Origin: a virus
Taxonomy: Duplodnaviria > Caudoviricetes
DNA length: 64,000 nt
Strand: one strand, 5' to 3'
Virus record (IMG/VR): IMGVR_UViG_3300020577_008200
Span: 9,037 to 73,036 of that record
Part shown: positions 19,215-28,730 of the stretch, piece by piece
How the letters are laid out: every line of letters begins with the position of its first letter
How positions within the stretch are numbered: the first letter of the stretch is position 1
Notes under the pieces: model-generated
Told to the model about the DNA's origin: nothing
Seen by the model: only the letters and a program-made list of their open reading frames with translations
Databases searched by the model: none
Program-made: the position numbers and the translations under genes

Positions 19215-19677
19215 TTAATTCTCCGCCAAATGTACTAGTATATTGTTCAGCATCTTCTGAACTTGGCATCCAGTCTTTAATTTCTTGTAAGGCTTCTGGT
19301 GAAATCCATAAATCTTTGTATTTATCCCCTGAATAATATTTATCACCCGGAACAGATGGAGTTTTTATAACTATAAGTTCACTATCTTCTACAAATTCTA
19401 TTCCATAAACTTGATTTGGTTCTGTGACCCAGATAAAACCTTGTTTAGCTTCAATAATCCACTGTTTACCATCAACTATTTTCATAGTGTCAAATTTTAT
19501 TTTACCTTTGATTAGATAGTTAATTTCAGTCATTTTTTTATGGAAGTGCCCATCACTTTTATCGCCAGCTTTATGTTTCAAATGTCCAACTTCAAAAGCT
19601 TCGCTTATAAATGCGGAAGGATAAAAATTACCAATGAACCAGCCATTTTTCATCCAGTCAATACTGTATAAAAGCAT
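19192..19677 (-). CDS. Cupin-domain protein
   Basis: GWFIGNF...HFHKKMTEINYLIKG...VIKTPSVPGDKY. Confidence 0.75.
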   Translation of the reverse strand: MLLYSIDWMKNGWFIGNFYPSAFISEAFEVGHLKHKAGDKSDGHFHKKMTEINYLIKGKIKFDTMKIVDGKQWIIEAKQGFIWVTEPNQVYGIEFVEDSELIVIKTPSVPGDKYYSGDKYKDLWISPEALQEIKDWMPSSEDAEQYTSTFGGELIENYKRS

Positions 19678-19695
19678 AACTATTCTCTTTTGTTT

Positions 19696-20880
19696 TTAGT
19701 TTCCATTTTTCATTAAACGACATTGATGCCGGCCTCCATCGAAAGTTTCTTCGGTTAGTGAATAGATAACATCTTCTAATTTTCTAGTTTCCGGAAAATC
19801 ATGTGCAGATAGAGCAAAGAAGTTGGCCGCATTATGTTTGATAGCATAACCAGCGTGATATTCATCTTGAACCAAAGCAGAGCGAATTCCTGGTATTTTA
19901 TTAGCACAAATATTAATACCCTGTCCGCTACGACAAATTCCTAAACCAAAAAATGGTCTATTATTAAGGACAAACTTTGCAGTAGTTTCTACATAAGTAT
20001 TATAATCACAATCTTTATCATTATAACAACCAAAGTCTATATAAGGAATTTTATTTTTTTCCATTATTTTCTTGATTTCATCTTTTACTTTAAAACCAGA
20101 ATGGTCACTACATAACGCAAAAGCTCGCGGTTTAGCTAGATATTTGAAAGATACTTCCTCAAAAAATTTGAATTCTTCGGGCGTCCCCATAATATGAATT
20201 TTGTCGATTTTTCGATATTCGACCTCATCTGAATTTGTTATTCTGTTATAGAGAGGAGCAATATGGGCTTCACCACTAGGATTATATTGGCTTTTTACTG
20301 ATACACTATTCAGATACGCCCATGCATGTTCAGCAAATAATTTGCAACTTTGAAAACAGTAGACTCCGACATTAGCTAAATTACTAGGTCTAACCACTTT
20401 TTCCCAAACAGAAGAAACTAAATTTTTATCATTTATATCTATATAACTATAGTTAGGACTATTAGATTTAAAAACTAAAGTTTGACCCGCAGTTTTAAAG
20501 TCATAGTTATTTGGTTTAAAGATTGGTGTAAAAGAAATATCGGGACAAAGTATAATTAAAGGATTTTCATCATCCGGATTAATGCCAGCTAACACGGTTT
20601 CTATTGCCCCTTTAGTTTCTCGGTGAAGCTTAGTAACACCAATATCTTTACCGAACTTATATTGCAACCATTCAAACATACCGAAATCCCGGATATGTTC
20701 TTCTCTTACTACAAATTCTATTTCGCATTCTGTAGTATCAATAGATTGCATAGACCATTCTAAAATACTTCTATCTCCACAAATCAACATAGGTTTGGGA
20801 AGTTTAAAACCTCCGGCAGTCATGCGAGAGCCGCGACCAGCTAGAGGGACTACTAACTTGTACGGCTTAGATGTTCTCAT
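19696..20880 (-). CDS. Sugar nucleotidyltransferase fused to an RpiB/LacAB sugar-phosphate isomerase
   Basis: N-terminal VVPLAGRGSR...LPKPML...GTPEE. C-terminal CSDHSG...CRSGQGINICANKIPGIRSAL...HNAAN...FDGGRH. Confidence 0.88.
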   Translation of the reverse strand: MRTSKPYKLVVPLAGRGSRMTAGGFKLPKPMLICGDRSILEWSMQSIDTTECEIEFVVREEHIRDFGMFEWLQYKFGKDIGVTKLHRETKGAIETVLAGINPDDENPLIILCPDISFTPIFKPNNYDFKTAGQTLVFKSNSPNYSYIDINDKNLVSSVWEKVVRPSNLANVGVYCFQSCKLFAEHAWAYLNSVSVKSQYNPSGEAHIAPLYNRITNSDEVEYRKIDKIHIMGTPEEFKFFEEVSFKYLAKPRAFALCSDHSGFKVKDEIKKIMEKNKIPYIDFGCYNDKDCDYNTYVETTAKFVLNNRPFFGLGICRSGQGINICANKIPGIRSALVQDEYHAGYAIKHNAANFFALSAHDFPETRKLEDVIYSLTEETFDGGRHQCRLMKNGN

Positions 20881-21619
20881 TGACTTCCTTTAACCATTGT
20901 AATACTTTAGTATGCGCATACTCTTGACTATTTTTGATATAAGATTCCGGATTATTCATTCTATGTTCAATGAAGTAACCAGCAAACCTATCACCAGCGC
21001 CCACCGTAAAAAGAAAATTTTCTTTTTGATGCCAATAATGACTAACATTTATCCCGTCTGACCCGCAAGTATCACCAAAGAGATGAGACACGTCTTTGAT
21101 TTTTTTGGGTTGGCAGGCCACACTTCCCTGCGAAGAATGCTCAACGAGCCATCCTGAAAAGTTGGAACTTGGTTCAAACAAAAAATGTTTTAAAAGGTTT
21201 TGATTATCTTCATTACTTAAAAAAACATAATCGCAACAAGCAATATTATTGTAAGCTTTTGATAAATCAAATGTAAAGTAATGTTTAGTTAAATCACAAG
21301 ACTTTATCTTTGCTTCTACTTTTGTAAAGTCAATATTAATCAAATTAGCATAAGCTAAATGAACCCAACCGTAACCAGCTTTACTATACGGACCTTCTAC
21401 TGGACATTGATATCCTTTATCAATAGTTGATTCTGTCCCATGATGAGTTATTAGAATATTAGCGGTATTCTTTTTTAGAGCAATTTTAGTACCCTGTTTA
21501 ATATTATGAATTCCACCATCTTGAATTATTCTTTTATATTTTCCATCATAATTAATGATATCAATAATATCTAAGAATTCATTACCAATAACACAAAGCT
21601 TATCTTCATTAAGATTCAT
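20867..21619 (-). CDS. PfkB-family carbohydrate kinase (divergent)
   Basis: TVGAGDRFAG signature; YVFLSNED. Confidence 0.7.
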   Translation of the reverse strand: MNLNEDKLCVIGNEFLDIIDIINYDGKYKRIIQDGGIHNIKQGTKIALKKNTANILITHHGTESTIDKGYQCPVEGPYSKAGYGWVHLAYANLINIDFTKVEAKIKSCDLTKHYFTFDLSKAYNNIACCDYVFLSNEDNQNLLKHFLFEPSSNFSGWLVEHSSQGSVACQPKKIKDVSHLFGDTCGSDGINVSHYWHQKENFLFTVGAGDRFAGYFIEHRMNNPESYIKNSQEYAHTKVLQWLKEVNENI

Positions 21620-22553
21620 AAGGGTATCTCTGAATTATTTTATCTTTGACTTGTTCATAGAGGGCGTCAATTACTCCATCTCCACCATTTCGGTTAAGAA
21701 TAGTAGCATTTTGTTTAACAATACTAGAGGCATTTTGAGGACAGTAGGGATGACCAACTACATTTAAAGCTGATAAATCATAGTAATCATCTCCCACATA
21801 AGCTATATCTTCTAATTTAAACTTGTATTCTTCTGCTATTTTCTCTATAGCAATAGCCTTATCTAACTGTTTAGAATAATTTCTAGCATTGAAGAATGGT
21901 AAACTTCGACTTAGAGCCATCCCGGAGTTGAAGTTGTCCCCGCTAAGTAATAGAACTGGTATACCAGCGGACTTAAACCGTTTAATTGCAGTAAAGTCTC
22001 TATCACAAAATTCTTTAGATAATACATTGTGTTCACTATCATAAGTTTTTCTTCCGTTAGTTAGGACTCCATCTACATCTAGAATGAGAAGTTTGAAGGC
22101 TTCTCCTATTTTTTCGTTGTCATATTCAAGATTTGGATAATTCGTAATTATTCCATAAGCTTCACAAGTTGTTGACCAATCTAAATCTACAACAATATCT
22201 TTATTTCCAAAATCACGACATTTACCAGAATTTTGATGCCAGATTCGGTAACCTTGAGAGGTAATACTCACATCATCTAAACTTTGAAAGAAGGAATGTA
22301 TTTGTTTATATCTGAGTAAATATTCAAAAGTCTGCCATGTTTTAGCATGTGCTAAAATACGACTGTCTTCTAAAAATTCTCTAACAATTTCATCTTTTGG
22401 CTCATCATGACCTAAGTAAAGTTTACCATCTTTTAGGCGAATGTCAAGTTCTACATTATATCCTTTGTTAAAACAGTTCCATGTTGCTATTTTAGTATTT
22501 TCTAAATTAATATTAGAGCCGTTTTGATTAGCCCTGTGTGCATAAACTTTCAT
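21609..22553 (-). CDS. GDPD-like domain fused to a KdsC/YrbI-type HAD phosphatase
   Basis: N-terminal YAHRAN...EN...VELDIRL...LYLGHD. C-terminal LDVDGVLTNG...FCDRD...LLSG...YVGDDYYDL...GGDG. Confidence 0.85.
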   Translation of the reverse strand: MKVYAHRANQNGSNINLENTKIATWNCFNKGYNVELDIRLKDGKLYLGHDEPKDEIVREFLEDSRILAHAKTWQTFEYLLRYKQIHSFFQSLDDVSITSQGYRIWHQNSGKCRDFGNKDIVVDLDWSTTCEAYGIITNYPNLEYDNEKIGEAFKLLILDVDGVLTNGRKTYDSEHNVLSKEFCDRDFTAIKRFKSAGIPVLLLSGDNFNSGMALSRSLPFFNARNYSKQLDKAIAIEKIAEEYKFKLEDIAYVGDDYYDLSALNVVGHPYCPQNASSIVKQNATILNRNGGDGVIDALYEQVKDKIIQRYPYES

Positions 22554-23520
22554 TTATCACCTTTCCATAATCTTGGTATAAATTTTCCCAACTCCACTCT
22601 TTATAGAGAGGTTCTAAAGGAACCGTTCCATTTTGGATTATAGTTTTTAGTGTATTTTTACATAAACAAATACTTGGTTCAACCTTATGAACATGATGAA
22701 ACATACCATCATTACTCACCGCAATAGGGCGACCGGCAGCAATCGCCCAATCTATTACGCTGGAACAAGCATTATGTGCCACACTATTGCGATACATAAA
22801 AACATTAGCTGTATTTTGAGCCAACCAGTATAATAATTGTTGAGAATCTAAATATTCGTGAGAAAATTCTAATTTAATTCCGTGTTTAACTGGAATTTTT
22901 TCTAGCCTATTTCTCATAGAATAGGCGTAAGACCCAGAACTATCTACAATAGTATTCAATGGAAGACGAATTCTAACTGTAGCCTCATCAAATTCTTCGT
23001 TAACCTTATGAACTACCTCATCAAAACCTTTGTGATTAAAACCAAAGCCAAAAGTCCCGATAGTATTTTCTAGAACTGGAGCTATTTTATAGTAACCGTT
23101 TTCATCTCTAATCATATTTTCAGGATAGAAAAACGGTATAGGTCTTCCTACTTTGTAATCAATTCCATTAGAGATATAGGTTGGGTCAGGATGTAATATT
23201 ACAGTATTATTAAATATCTTTCTTTCGTCATGCATGATAACAGCAGAAGGCAGTTTTGTGGTGGTTATTACATCGTTATTTAACCAGCTCATAGTTAATG
23301 GATGGTGGTTGTAGATTACAAAACAGTAAGACTTATTTTTTAATCTTTCATATAAATCTTCTGGTTTAGACGCTTCTACACATTCGTAATAGTAAAAATC
23401 TTGTTCATTATCAATCAGTTTATTATAGGATATTTTAAATAATATTCTTCCAGTCCAATAACCGAATTCATAAACGCCACATTGGGCTTTGGGCTGAACT
23501 ACAAAAAGAACTTTTTTCAT
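22528..23520 (-). CDS. GT-B-like glycosyltransferase
   Basis: QCGVYEFG...IGTFGFGFNHKGF...SSVIDWAIAAGRPIAV. Start refined to the ATG overlapping the upstream TAA. Confidence 0.65.
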   Translation of the reverse strand: MKKVLFVVQPKAQCGVYEFGYWTGRILFKISYNKLIDNEQDFYYYECVEASKPEDLYERLKNKSYCFVIYNHHPLTMSWLNNDVITTTKLPSAVIMHDERKIFNNTVILHPDPTYISNGIDYKVGRPIPFFYPENMIRDENGYYKIAPVLENTIGTFGFGFNHKGFDEVVHKVNEEFDEATVRIRLPLNTIVDSSGSYAYSMRNRLEKIPVKHGIKLEFSHEYLDSQQLLYWLAQNTANVFMYRNSVAHNACSSVIDWAIAAGRPIAVSNDGMFHHVHKVEPSICLCKNTLKTIIQNGTVPLEPLYKEWSWENLYQDYGKVINESLCTQG

Positions 23521-23612
23521 TACAGAATCCAAATAAGAATACAAACTATTATTACAAATATTAAATATACTAAATCATTTTTGCAGTTACATTTATGATT
23601 ACATTGACTCAT
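23520..23612 (-). CDS. 30-aa Cys-rich single-pass membrane peptide (not in the ORF track)
   Basis: Reads MSQCNHKCNCKNDLVYLIFVIIVCILIWIL. Fills the intergenic gap; its TAA overlaps the next ATG (TAATG). Confidence 0.55.
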   Translation of the reverse strand: MSQCNHKCNCKNDLVYLIFVIIVCILIWIL

Positions 23613-23618
23613 TTTTTC

Positions 23619-25847
23619 TCACATTATTGGTGTAAAATATGGTTCTTCTTTACTATCGTCCCAAGACCAATATCCAGGTTCCGGCATTGCTACTAAGAAT
23701 TTCCCACCTCTTTTGAGATAGTCAACATGTCTTTTTAAAAAGAAATTAGTAAAGTGCCACGGGAGTATGAGTAAGAAATCCGGCTCTTTAATAAATCCCT
23801 CAGTTTCACTAATGATTGGTATATCAGAACCAATAGCGTATTTACCAAATTTATCTTTGCTAACTTCTAATATATAAGGAATATCTTTGTTAGTTAAGTT
23901 ACACATTTGTAAAAATGTGTTACCTTTAGTAGATGCTCCAAGTCCGAAAACTGTTTTACCACATTTGTTTATTTCATTAATAAAATTAGTAGTAACTTGG
24001 TTAATTTTTGCTATTTTTTCATTAAACTTTTCCCAATATCCGAGTTTGAATATTTCTTTCTCGTCTTCCATTGCCTTCAATGCAGTAAATGTCACTCCTC
24101 GTTGGGCACCAATATGTTGAATGTAAAGTCTGACGGAAGCTCCGTTGACATCATTGTATTCCAAATCAAAGATTTCCATATCATGTTTAGCTAGTAATTT
24201 TTTCATTACTTCCAACGTGTAATATCCTATATGCTCAAAGCATATATTATCATAGGCATTAGTTTTAATAGTACACATCAAGTCTGTCATTTGAACAACC
24301 CAAATCCCGCTCTTACATAAGTATTTTTTAATACTTCTGATAAATTTATCCGGGTCTTCTAAGTCATAAAACATAGCAATAGAAGTGATAATATCAAAGG
24401 GCAAAGAATAATGTATACTATCGTCAAAGTAATTATTGATAAATATATCGCAATTGTTGATAGCGTACCCAGCGAGGTTATTAGCCGGGTCGTAACCTGT
24501 CTTAAAGAATTTATCTGGGTAGAACGATAAGAGCGTGCCATCGTTACAATTATGAACTCCTATATTGTTTGCTATATAAGCGTTTTCATCTTCAACTTCA
24601 AAGTTGTAAACATTAATATTTTCTACTTCTTCAAATGAATTATTTTTAACTCTAACAAAAATAAAATTATCATTTGTTTTATACAGACATCTATCTTTAT
24701 CTTCTTCTATAATTCCTGGTTCTAATAAAGATATTTTTTGTCCACTTATAGTTAACCTATAGGAGTCATTAACGAAATGTATATTCGTTGATATTCCTAA
24801 CTGGATTAATAATTGTTTTATTCCATAAATTAGTTCTTTTGATACTGATGTTACTATGTATTGATAACCACCACTAGTCATATATCTGAGATGACCATCT
24901 CCCCTCATATAATGTTTAATTAATTCAATTTTACATTCATCTGACCAATTATAAATTTCTTTATTTATGAATTTATGATGAGAATATTCCCCAAATAATC
25001 TTTTAACTTCTGTGGCAAAATCTTTAGAATAAATTCTTAGGTCAATAGTATTTTTTTCAGGACGAATAGATTTTGTTGTATTTAAACCTAATCTTTTTGA
25101 TGCATCCTCTAATTGTTTAATATAATGTTCTTCATGAATACCTAAGCATAAATTAATTCCACAAATTAACGGTTTATGGGAATGAATATATGAGCCTTCA
25201 GCTAAAAACCAGCCATATATTAATAATCTATCTTTATCTATTTGCAAATTTTTGCTAGACTTTATTCTTGGAATTGAAACATATTCTCCTTTTTTGAAAT
25301 CTTTAATTTGCTTATATTCTAATTTATCATTAAGAATAGGATGTTCTTCAGTTGCAGATAAGTTAAATCCATGCATAGTAGATAAATTATAAATTTTACC
25401 AGTATATTTTCTAGTAAAAGTTTTTAAAACTTTACATTCTTTATTATTTGGAGTTAAGACATAGTCTCCCTCTTTAATATCTTGAATATTTTTTGTAGAA
25501 TAATCTGACATTCTAATTTTAGTATCAGATGGAAAACATCCAATATCCATTACCCGTTTATACGACTGAGGACTTTTAGCTAGTGACTTCGTCACTATAT
25601 CTTGGAGAGCAGTTACCATCGTATTATTCAAACCGGAACGATACCAGTATTCTCTGTACATATTATCAGGTTCTAACACGTTTGTCAACTGGACAAATTC
25701 GCATTTGGGACACTGAGCTAAGGCTAGTTCTTCTGTATCAAATTTTACTTTATCTTCTGGTTTGTCTAAAAATAAAGAAGGATAAATATCTCCTAAATTT
25801 ACCACAGTATTTTCATATTCATTTTTACATAAAAAACATTTTGTCAT
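23619..25847 (-). CDS. NDP-hexose C-methyltransferase with an intein
   Basis: N-terminal Zn site (CFLC...CPKC...YWYRSG). SAM motif DIG|CNDGTLL is interrupted by the intein. YDNICFEH, GASTKGNT, LPWHF. Confidence 0.9.
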   Translation of the reverse strand: MTKCFLCKNEYENTVVNLGDIYPSLFLDKPEDKVKFDTEELALAQCPKCEFVQLTNVLEPDNMYREYWYRSGLNNTMVTALQDIVTKSLAKSPQSYKRVMDIGCFPSDTKIRMSDYSTKNIQDIKEGDYVLTPNNKECKVLKTFTRKYTGKIYNLSTMHGFNLSATEEHPILNDKLEYKQIKDFKKGEYVSIPRIKSSKNLQIDKDRLLIYGWFLAEGSYIHSHKPLICGINLCLGIHEEHYIKQLEDASKRLGLNTTKSIRPEKNTIDLRIYSKDFATEVKRLFGEYSHHKFINKEIYNWSDECKIELIKHYMRGDGHLRYMTSGGYQYIVTSVSKELIYGIKQLLIQLGISTNIHFVNDSYRLTISGQKISLLEPGIIEEDKDRCLYKTNDNFIFVRVKNNSFEEVENINVYNFEVEDENAYIANNIGVHNCNDGTLLSFYPDKFFKTGYDPANNLAGYAINNCDIFINNYFDDSIHYSLPFDIITSIAMFYDLEDPDKFIRSIKKYLCKSGIWVVQMTDLMCTIKTNAYDNICFEHIGYYTLEVMKKLLAKHDMEIFDLEYNDVNGASVRLYIQHIGAQRGVTFTALKAMEDEKEIFKLGYWEKFNEKIAKINQVTTNFINEINKCGKTVFGLGASTKGNTFLQMCNLTNKDIPYILEVSKDKFGKYAIGSDIPIISETEGFIKEPDFLLILPWHFTNFFLKRHVDYLKRGGKFLVAMPEPGYWSWDDSKEEPYFTPIM
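24549..25538 (-). mobile_element. Intein (330 aa) with LAGLIDADG endonuclease
   Basis: Starts CFPSDTKI; block B ATEEHP; LAGLIDADG-like GWFLAEGS and HYMRGDG; ends VYNFEVEDENAYIANNIGVHN; +1 residue is Cys. Confidence 0.93.
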
Positions 25848-26893
25848 TAGACTTTCCTTAATAGTTCTTTCCAATCGTTTAAGTTTCGTTCAAAAGAAAA
25901 GTGTTTAATAGCGGCCTTGCGACCGTTTTCAGAAATACTTTTAGCTAATGTTTTATCTTTAATTAGCAGGAGAAGCATCTCACGCAATTCCCTAATATCA
26001 TCGCTCCAGAAACCTGAGACACCATTTTCAATAAATTTGTGTGCTTCAAAGGTAGGCATATCTTCTCGCGGACTTCCTATCTTTGGACCTACTGAAACTA
26101 GTGGAATACCAGTAGATAGAGCTTCCATAAAAGAATATGTAAATGGGCCGGGTTTAGTGCAAGTAGAGAAGTATACTCCGGCTCTCTTTCTTAGATTATG
26201 AAGTTCCGTAGGAGTTAAATTTCCAGCGGAAAATTCAATATCTTCATTCTCGAAGCCGCCTACTATTCTATTCATTCCCTGAGTAACTAAATTATATTCC
26301 GGCCAAGCTGCATGTTGACCCCGTTTCTTCATCCATTTATTAATAGTGAGAACGTAATCATCTTCGCCGGTCCAACCTTTGTATAATTCAGTATCTACGA
26401 ACGGACGAATAATAGCGTCGTTTTTTGCTAAGCGATTGATATATCTTTCAGTTGGTGAGTATGCTACAGTCTTAGTATATTTAAGATATTTACTAAAATG
26501 CATTTGAGGTTGACCAATATATCTCATGATAATTGGTTTACCTTTAATAGATTCCCAATTCAAAGTTAAATTTTCTTCAAAGTGAGCAATAACAACTAAA
26601 TCAAAAAGTTGAGCAAAATCTTTTTTAACTCTATTATAGTAAGCCCCGAGAACTTCATTAATAGTTAAAGTGTCAAACTTTTTAACTAATCCTTCATAAT
26701 TGTGGCCAGCTTTATATTTTTCTAATAATTCTTCATCAAACTTAATATTCAAAGCCCCATCTTTAGTTGGATGTAGAGGTTTTCGAGGGTCTATATAGTG
26801 CCCAATAGAAAAAACTTGGTGACCAAGCTTATCTAATACTGTTAACTCGTCCGCTTCTAGCGTTTCATGGCAACTTAGGTATAGAATCTTCAT
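25847..26893 (-). CDS. GT4-like glycosyltransferase
   Basis: FSIGHYIDP, YSFMEALSTGIPLVS, FIENGVSGF. Confidence 0.8.
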   Translation of the reverse strand: MKILYLSCHETLEADELTVLDKLGHQVFSIGHYIDPRKPLHPTKDGALNIKFDEELLEKYKAGHNYEGLVKKFDTLTINEVLGAYYNRVKKDFAQLFDLVVIAHFEENLTLNWESIKGKPIIMRYIGQPQMHFSKYLKYTKTVAYSPTERYINRLAKNDAIIRPFVDTELYKGWTGEDDYVLTINKWMKKRGQHAAWPEYNLVTQGMNRIVGGFENEDIEFSAGNLTPTELHNLRKRAGVYFSTCTKPGPFTYSFMEALSTGIPLVSVGPKIGSPREDMPTFEAHKFIENGVSGFWSDDIRELREMLLLLIKDKTLAKSISENGRKAAIKHFSFERNLNDWKELLRKV

Positions 26894-27240
26894 TTAATTT
26901 CCATTCCAGTTACCGGGTCATATCTAGTAACGTCAGTTCCATCTGGGTCGTAATAATCAAAAAATTCTGTAATATAACAGTCTGTTAAAGATGTGAGTCT
27001 ATTATAATAAGTCGCTGGAATATTAATATAATCTCCATCTTTCAGAACTTTGTTGAAAGCATTATAACATAGAGAACTGTCTCCATGATAGACTACAAGT
27101 TCTCCTTTGTCAACCATAATTATCTTATTTTTCTTTTCATTTCGATGCCAACTTGTGGAGTAGCCCTTTTTAATAAAAAGTTTTTTCCCTAATTTACCGA
27201 TATGTTCTTCCCATCCCCAGGGTTTAGACTTGAAACTCAT
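26890..27240 (-). CDS. Cupin (mannose-6-phosphate isomerase C-terminal-like)
   Basis: KPWGWEE...KKGYSTSWHR... Confidence 0.65.
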   Translation of the reverse strand: MSFKSKPWGWEEHIGKLGKKLFIKKGYSTSWHRNEKKNKIIMVDKGELVVYHGDSSLCYNAFNKVLKDGDYINIPATYYNRLTSLTDCYITEFFDYYDPDGTDVTRYDPVTGMEIK

Positions 27241-27878
27241 TTAAAACAATCCTTGAATAATGTTTTTGCTGAAATGCTACGATGGAACTTTAGGAATCTA
27301 GATATAATCATAGCTGTATGTTGCGTATCAACTAGAGCATCGTGAGCATTATCTTTACTAATTCCAAGAAAGTCTCTTACCGTATCTAGTTTATAGTTCT
27401 CTGGCTCAGCCATATTTTCAAACCAAAGAAAACAAATATCCATTAGGTCAATCATATCTCTACGGTGAAATAGAATTGGTTTATTATTTTTGTCTAATGG
27501 TCCATATAGATTACACATTCGTTCTACTATATGTTTATCAAAATTCTTAATATTGAAGCCAGCGGAAATTGGGGCACCAAAAGGAGTTTTACTTTTGTTA
27601 TATTTATTGACATATCTGGTAAAAGCTTCCCAAGCCTCCTTTTGAGAAATACCGTCTCTCTCTACGACCTCTCTTTTAATTTTATTTACCGCCAGAGCTT
27701 CATCTTGAACATTTGTCCAATTAGTAGGCTTTATATAAGTCTTGAATTCAGAAGAAGGTTTTATTTCTAAAGTCCGAGCATCTAATACAATAGCCGCTAA
27801 TTGCAGTGGTTCGCATGTAAAAGGGTCTGCTGAACCAGTTTCAAAATCATACACGACAACGTCGTTCTTATTTAACAT
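27237..27878 (-). CDS. DEDDh 3'-5' exonuclease (DnaQ-like)
   Basis: YDFETG, GFNIKNFD, HDALVD. Confidence 0.9.
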   Translation of the reverse strand: MLNKNDVVVYDFETGSADPFTCEPLQLAAIVLDARTLEIKPSSEFKTYIKPTNWTNVQDEALAVNKIKREVVERDGISQKEAWEAFTRYVNKYNKSKTPFGAPISAGFNIKNFDKHIVERMCNLYGPLDKNNKPILFHRRDMIDLMDICFLWFENMAEPENYKLDTVRDFLGISKDNAHDALVDTQHTAMIISRFLKFHRSISAKTLFKDCFK

Positions 27879-28304
27879 TCAATTTTTCTCCGTAGATTCA
27901 ACCACCGGAGAGGCTGAAGGATTTGGATTTTCTGGTTGTGTGGTGCCTCTCTGCAAATCTTCCGAAGCAGTTCTATCAACCAGCGTCAGTTTGGAACTGC
28001 CATCAGGAAGGTTTTCAATGGACAATAGTTTATTATAATCTTTATCTGTCACAATGTCAAATAGAATTTTATCTAATAAATATTCACCATTATGTCCTAA
28101 TGTAATAGCAGCTAGAATAGCATATTGTTGAACTTGCAGATTTTTTAATTCTTGTTCTTTTCTTGCTAGTTGGTCATCTTTGATTATCAGATACTCATCT
28201 CTTAATTGACACAACCTAAAAATAGTAATAAAATTTTGTTCTAAATCTTTAAGCTTCGCTTTTTTAATTTTATATTGATTGTATTTTCTAGATATCCAAC
28301 TCAT
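27879..28304 (-). CDS. Hypothetical protein
   Basis: 141 aa; its low-complexity C-terminal tail carries a motif copy. Confidence 0.55.
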   Translation of the reverse strand: MSWISRKYNQYKIKKAKLKDLEQNFITIFRLCQLRDEYLIIKDDQLARKEQELKNLQVQQYAILAAITLGHNGEYLLDKILFDIVTDKDYNKLLSIENLPDGSSKLTLVDRTASEDLQRGTTQPENPNPSASPVVESTEKN

Positions 28305-28307
28305 GTC

Positions 28308-28706
28308 TTATCCTTCAATTATATTTGATATTTTTTTAAAAAGCGTGAGCGTTTCTTCTTCTAACTTCTTTCCCCGAATTAATAAGTGATTAGCTGCATA
28401 CCACGGGATAAGAATTTTATTTCCAAGAACGAAGTTCTTTCCTAAGTAATCTTTCATCTTGAAACTTTTAGGTAGTTTCAAAAGTAGTCCGGTAGGAATG
28501 GCTCCTAAGCTAATTATAACGTGGAAGTTAGCATTTTGCAACCTATTTTCTAAAGTATCATCCCATTTAGCAAAGCAGAAGGCTCCATCATGTATTCCAG
28601 ATTTCAGTAGTAATTTCTTAACATAATCACCTTCTCTAAGATTAAAGGAAACTTCACCTATTTTTTGAGTTAAAGGAACGTTACTAACTACGCATATTTC
28701 TTTCAT
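28308..28706 (-). CDS. Truncated uracil-DNA glycosylase-fold protein
   Basis: VIISLGAIPTGLLL...IPWYAANHLL matches the family-4 UDG C-terminal half. The N-terminal catalytic motif is not seen. Confidence 0.5.
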   Translation of the reverse strand: MKEICVVSNVPLTQKIGEVSFNLREGDYVKKLLLKSGIHDGAFCFAKWDDTLENRLQNANFHVIISLGAIPTGLLLKLPKSFKMKDYLGKNFVLGNKILIPWYAANHLLIRGKKLEEETLTLFKKISNIIEG

Positions 28707-28730
28707 ATGTATTCCTTCAGGAATAGTTTA

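Noticed and set aside
21120-21140. Partial motif TTCGCAGGGAAGTGT on the - strand in the PfkB gene
   Set aside because: The 3' half does not match and no partner was seen, so it was not counted. It could be a decayed copy.
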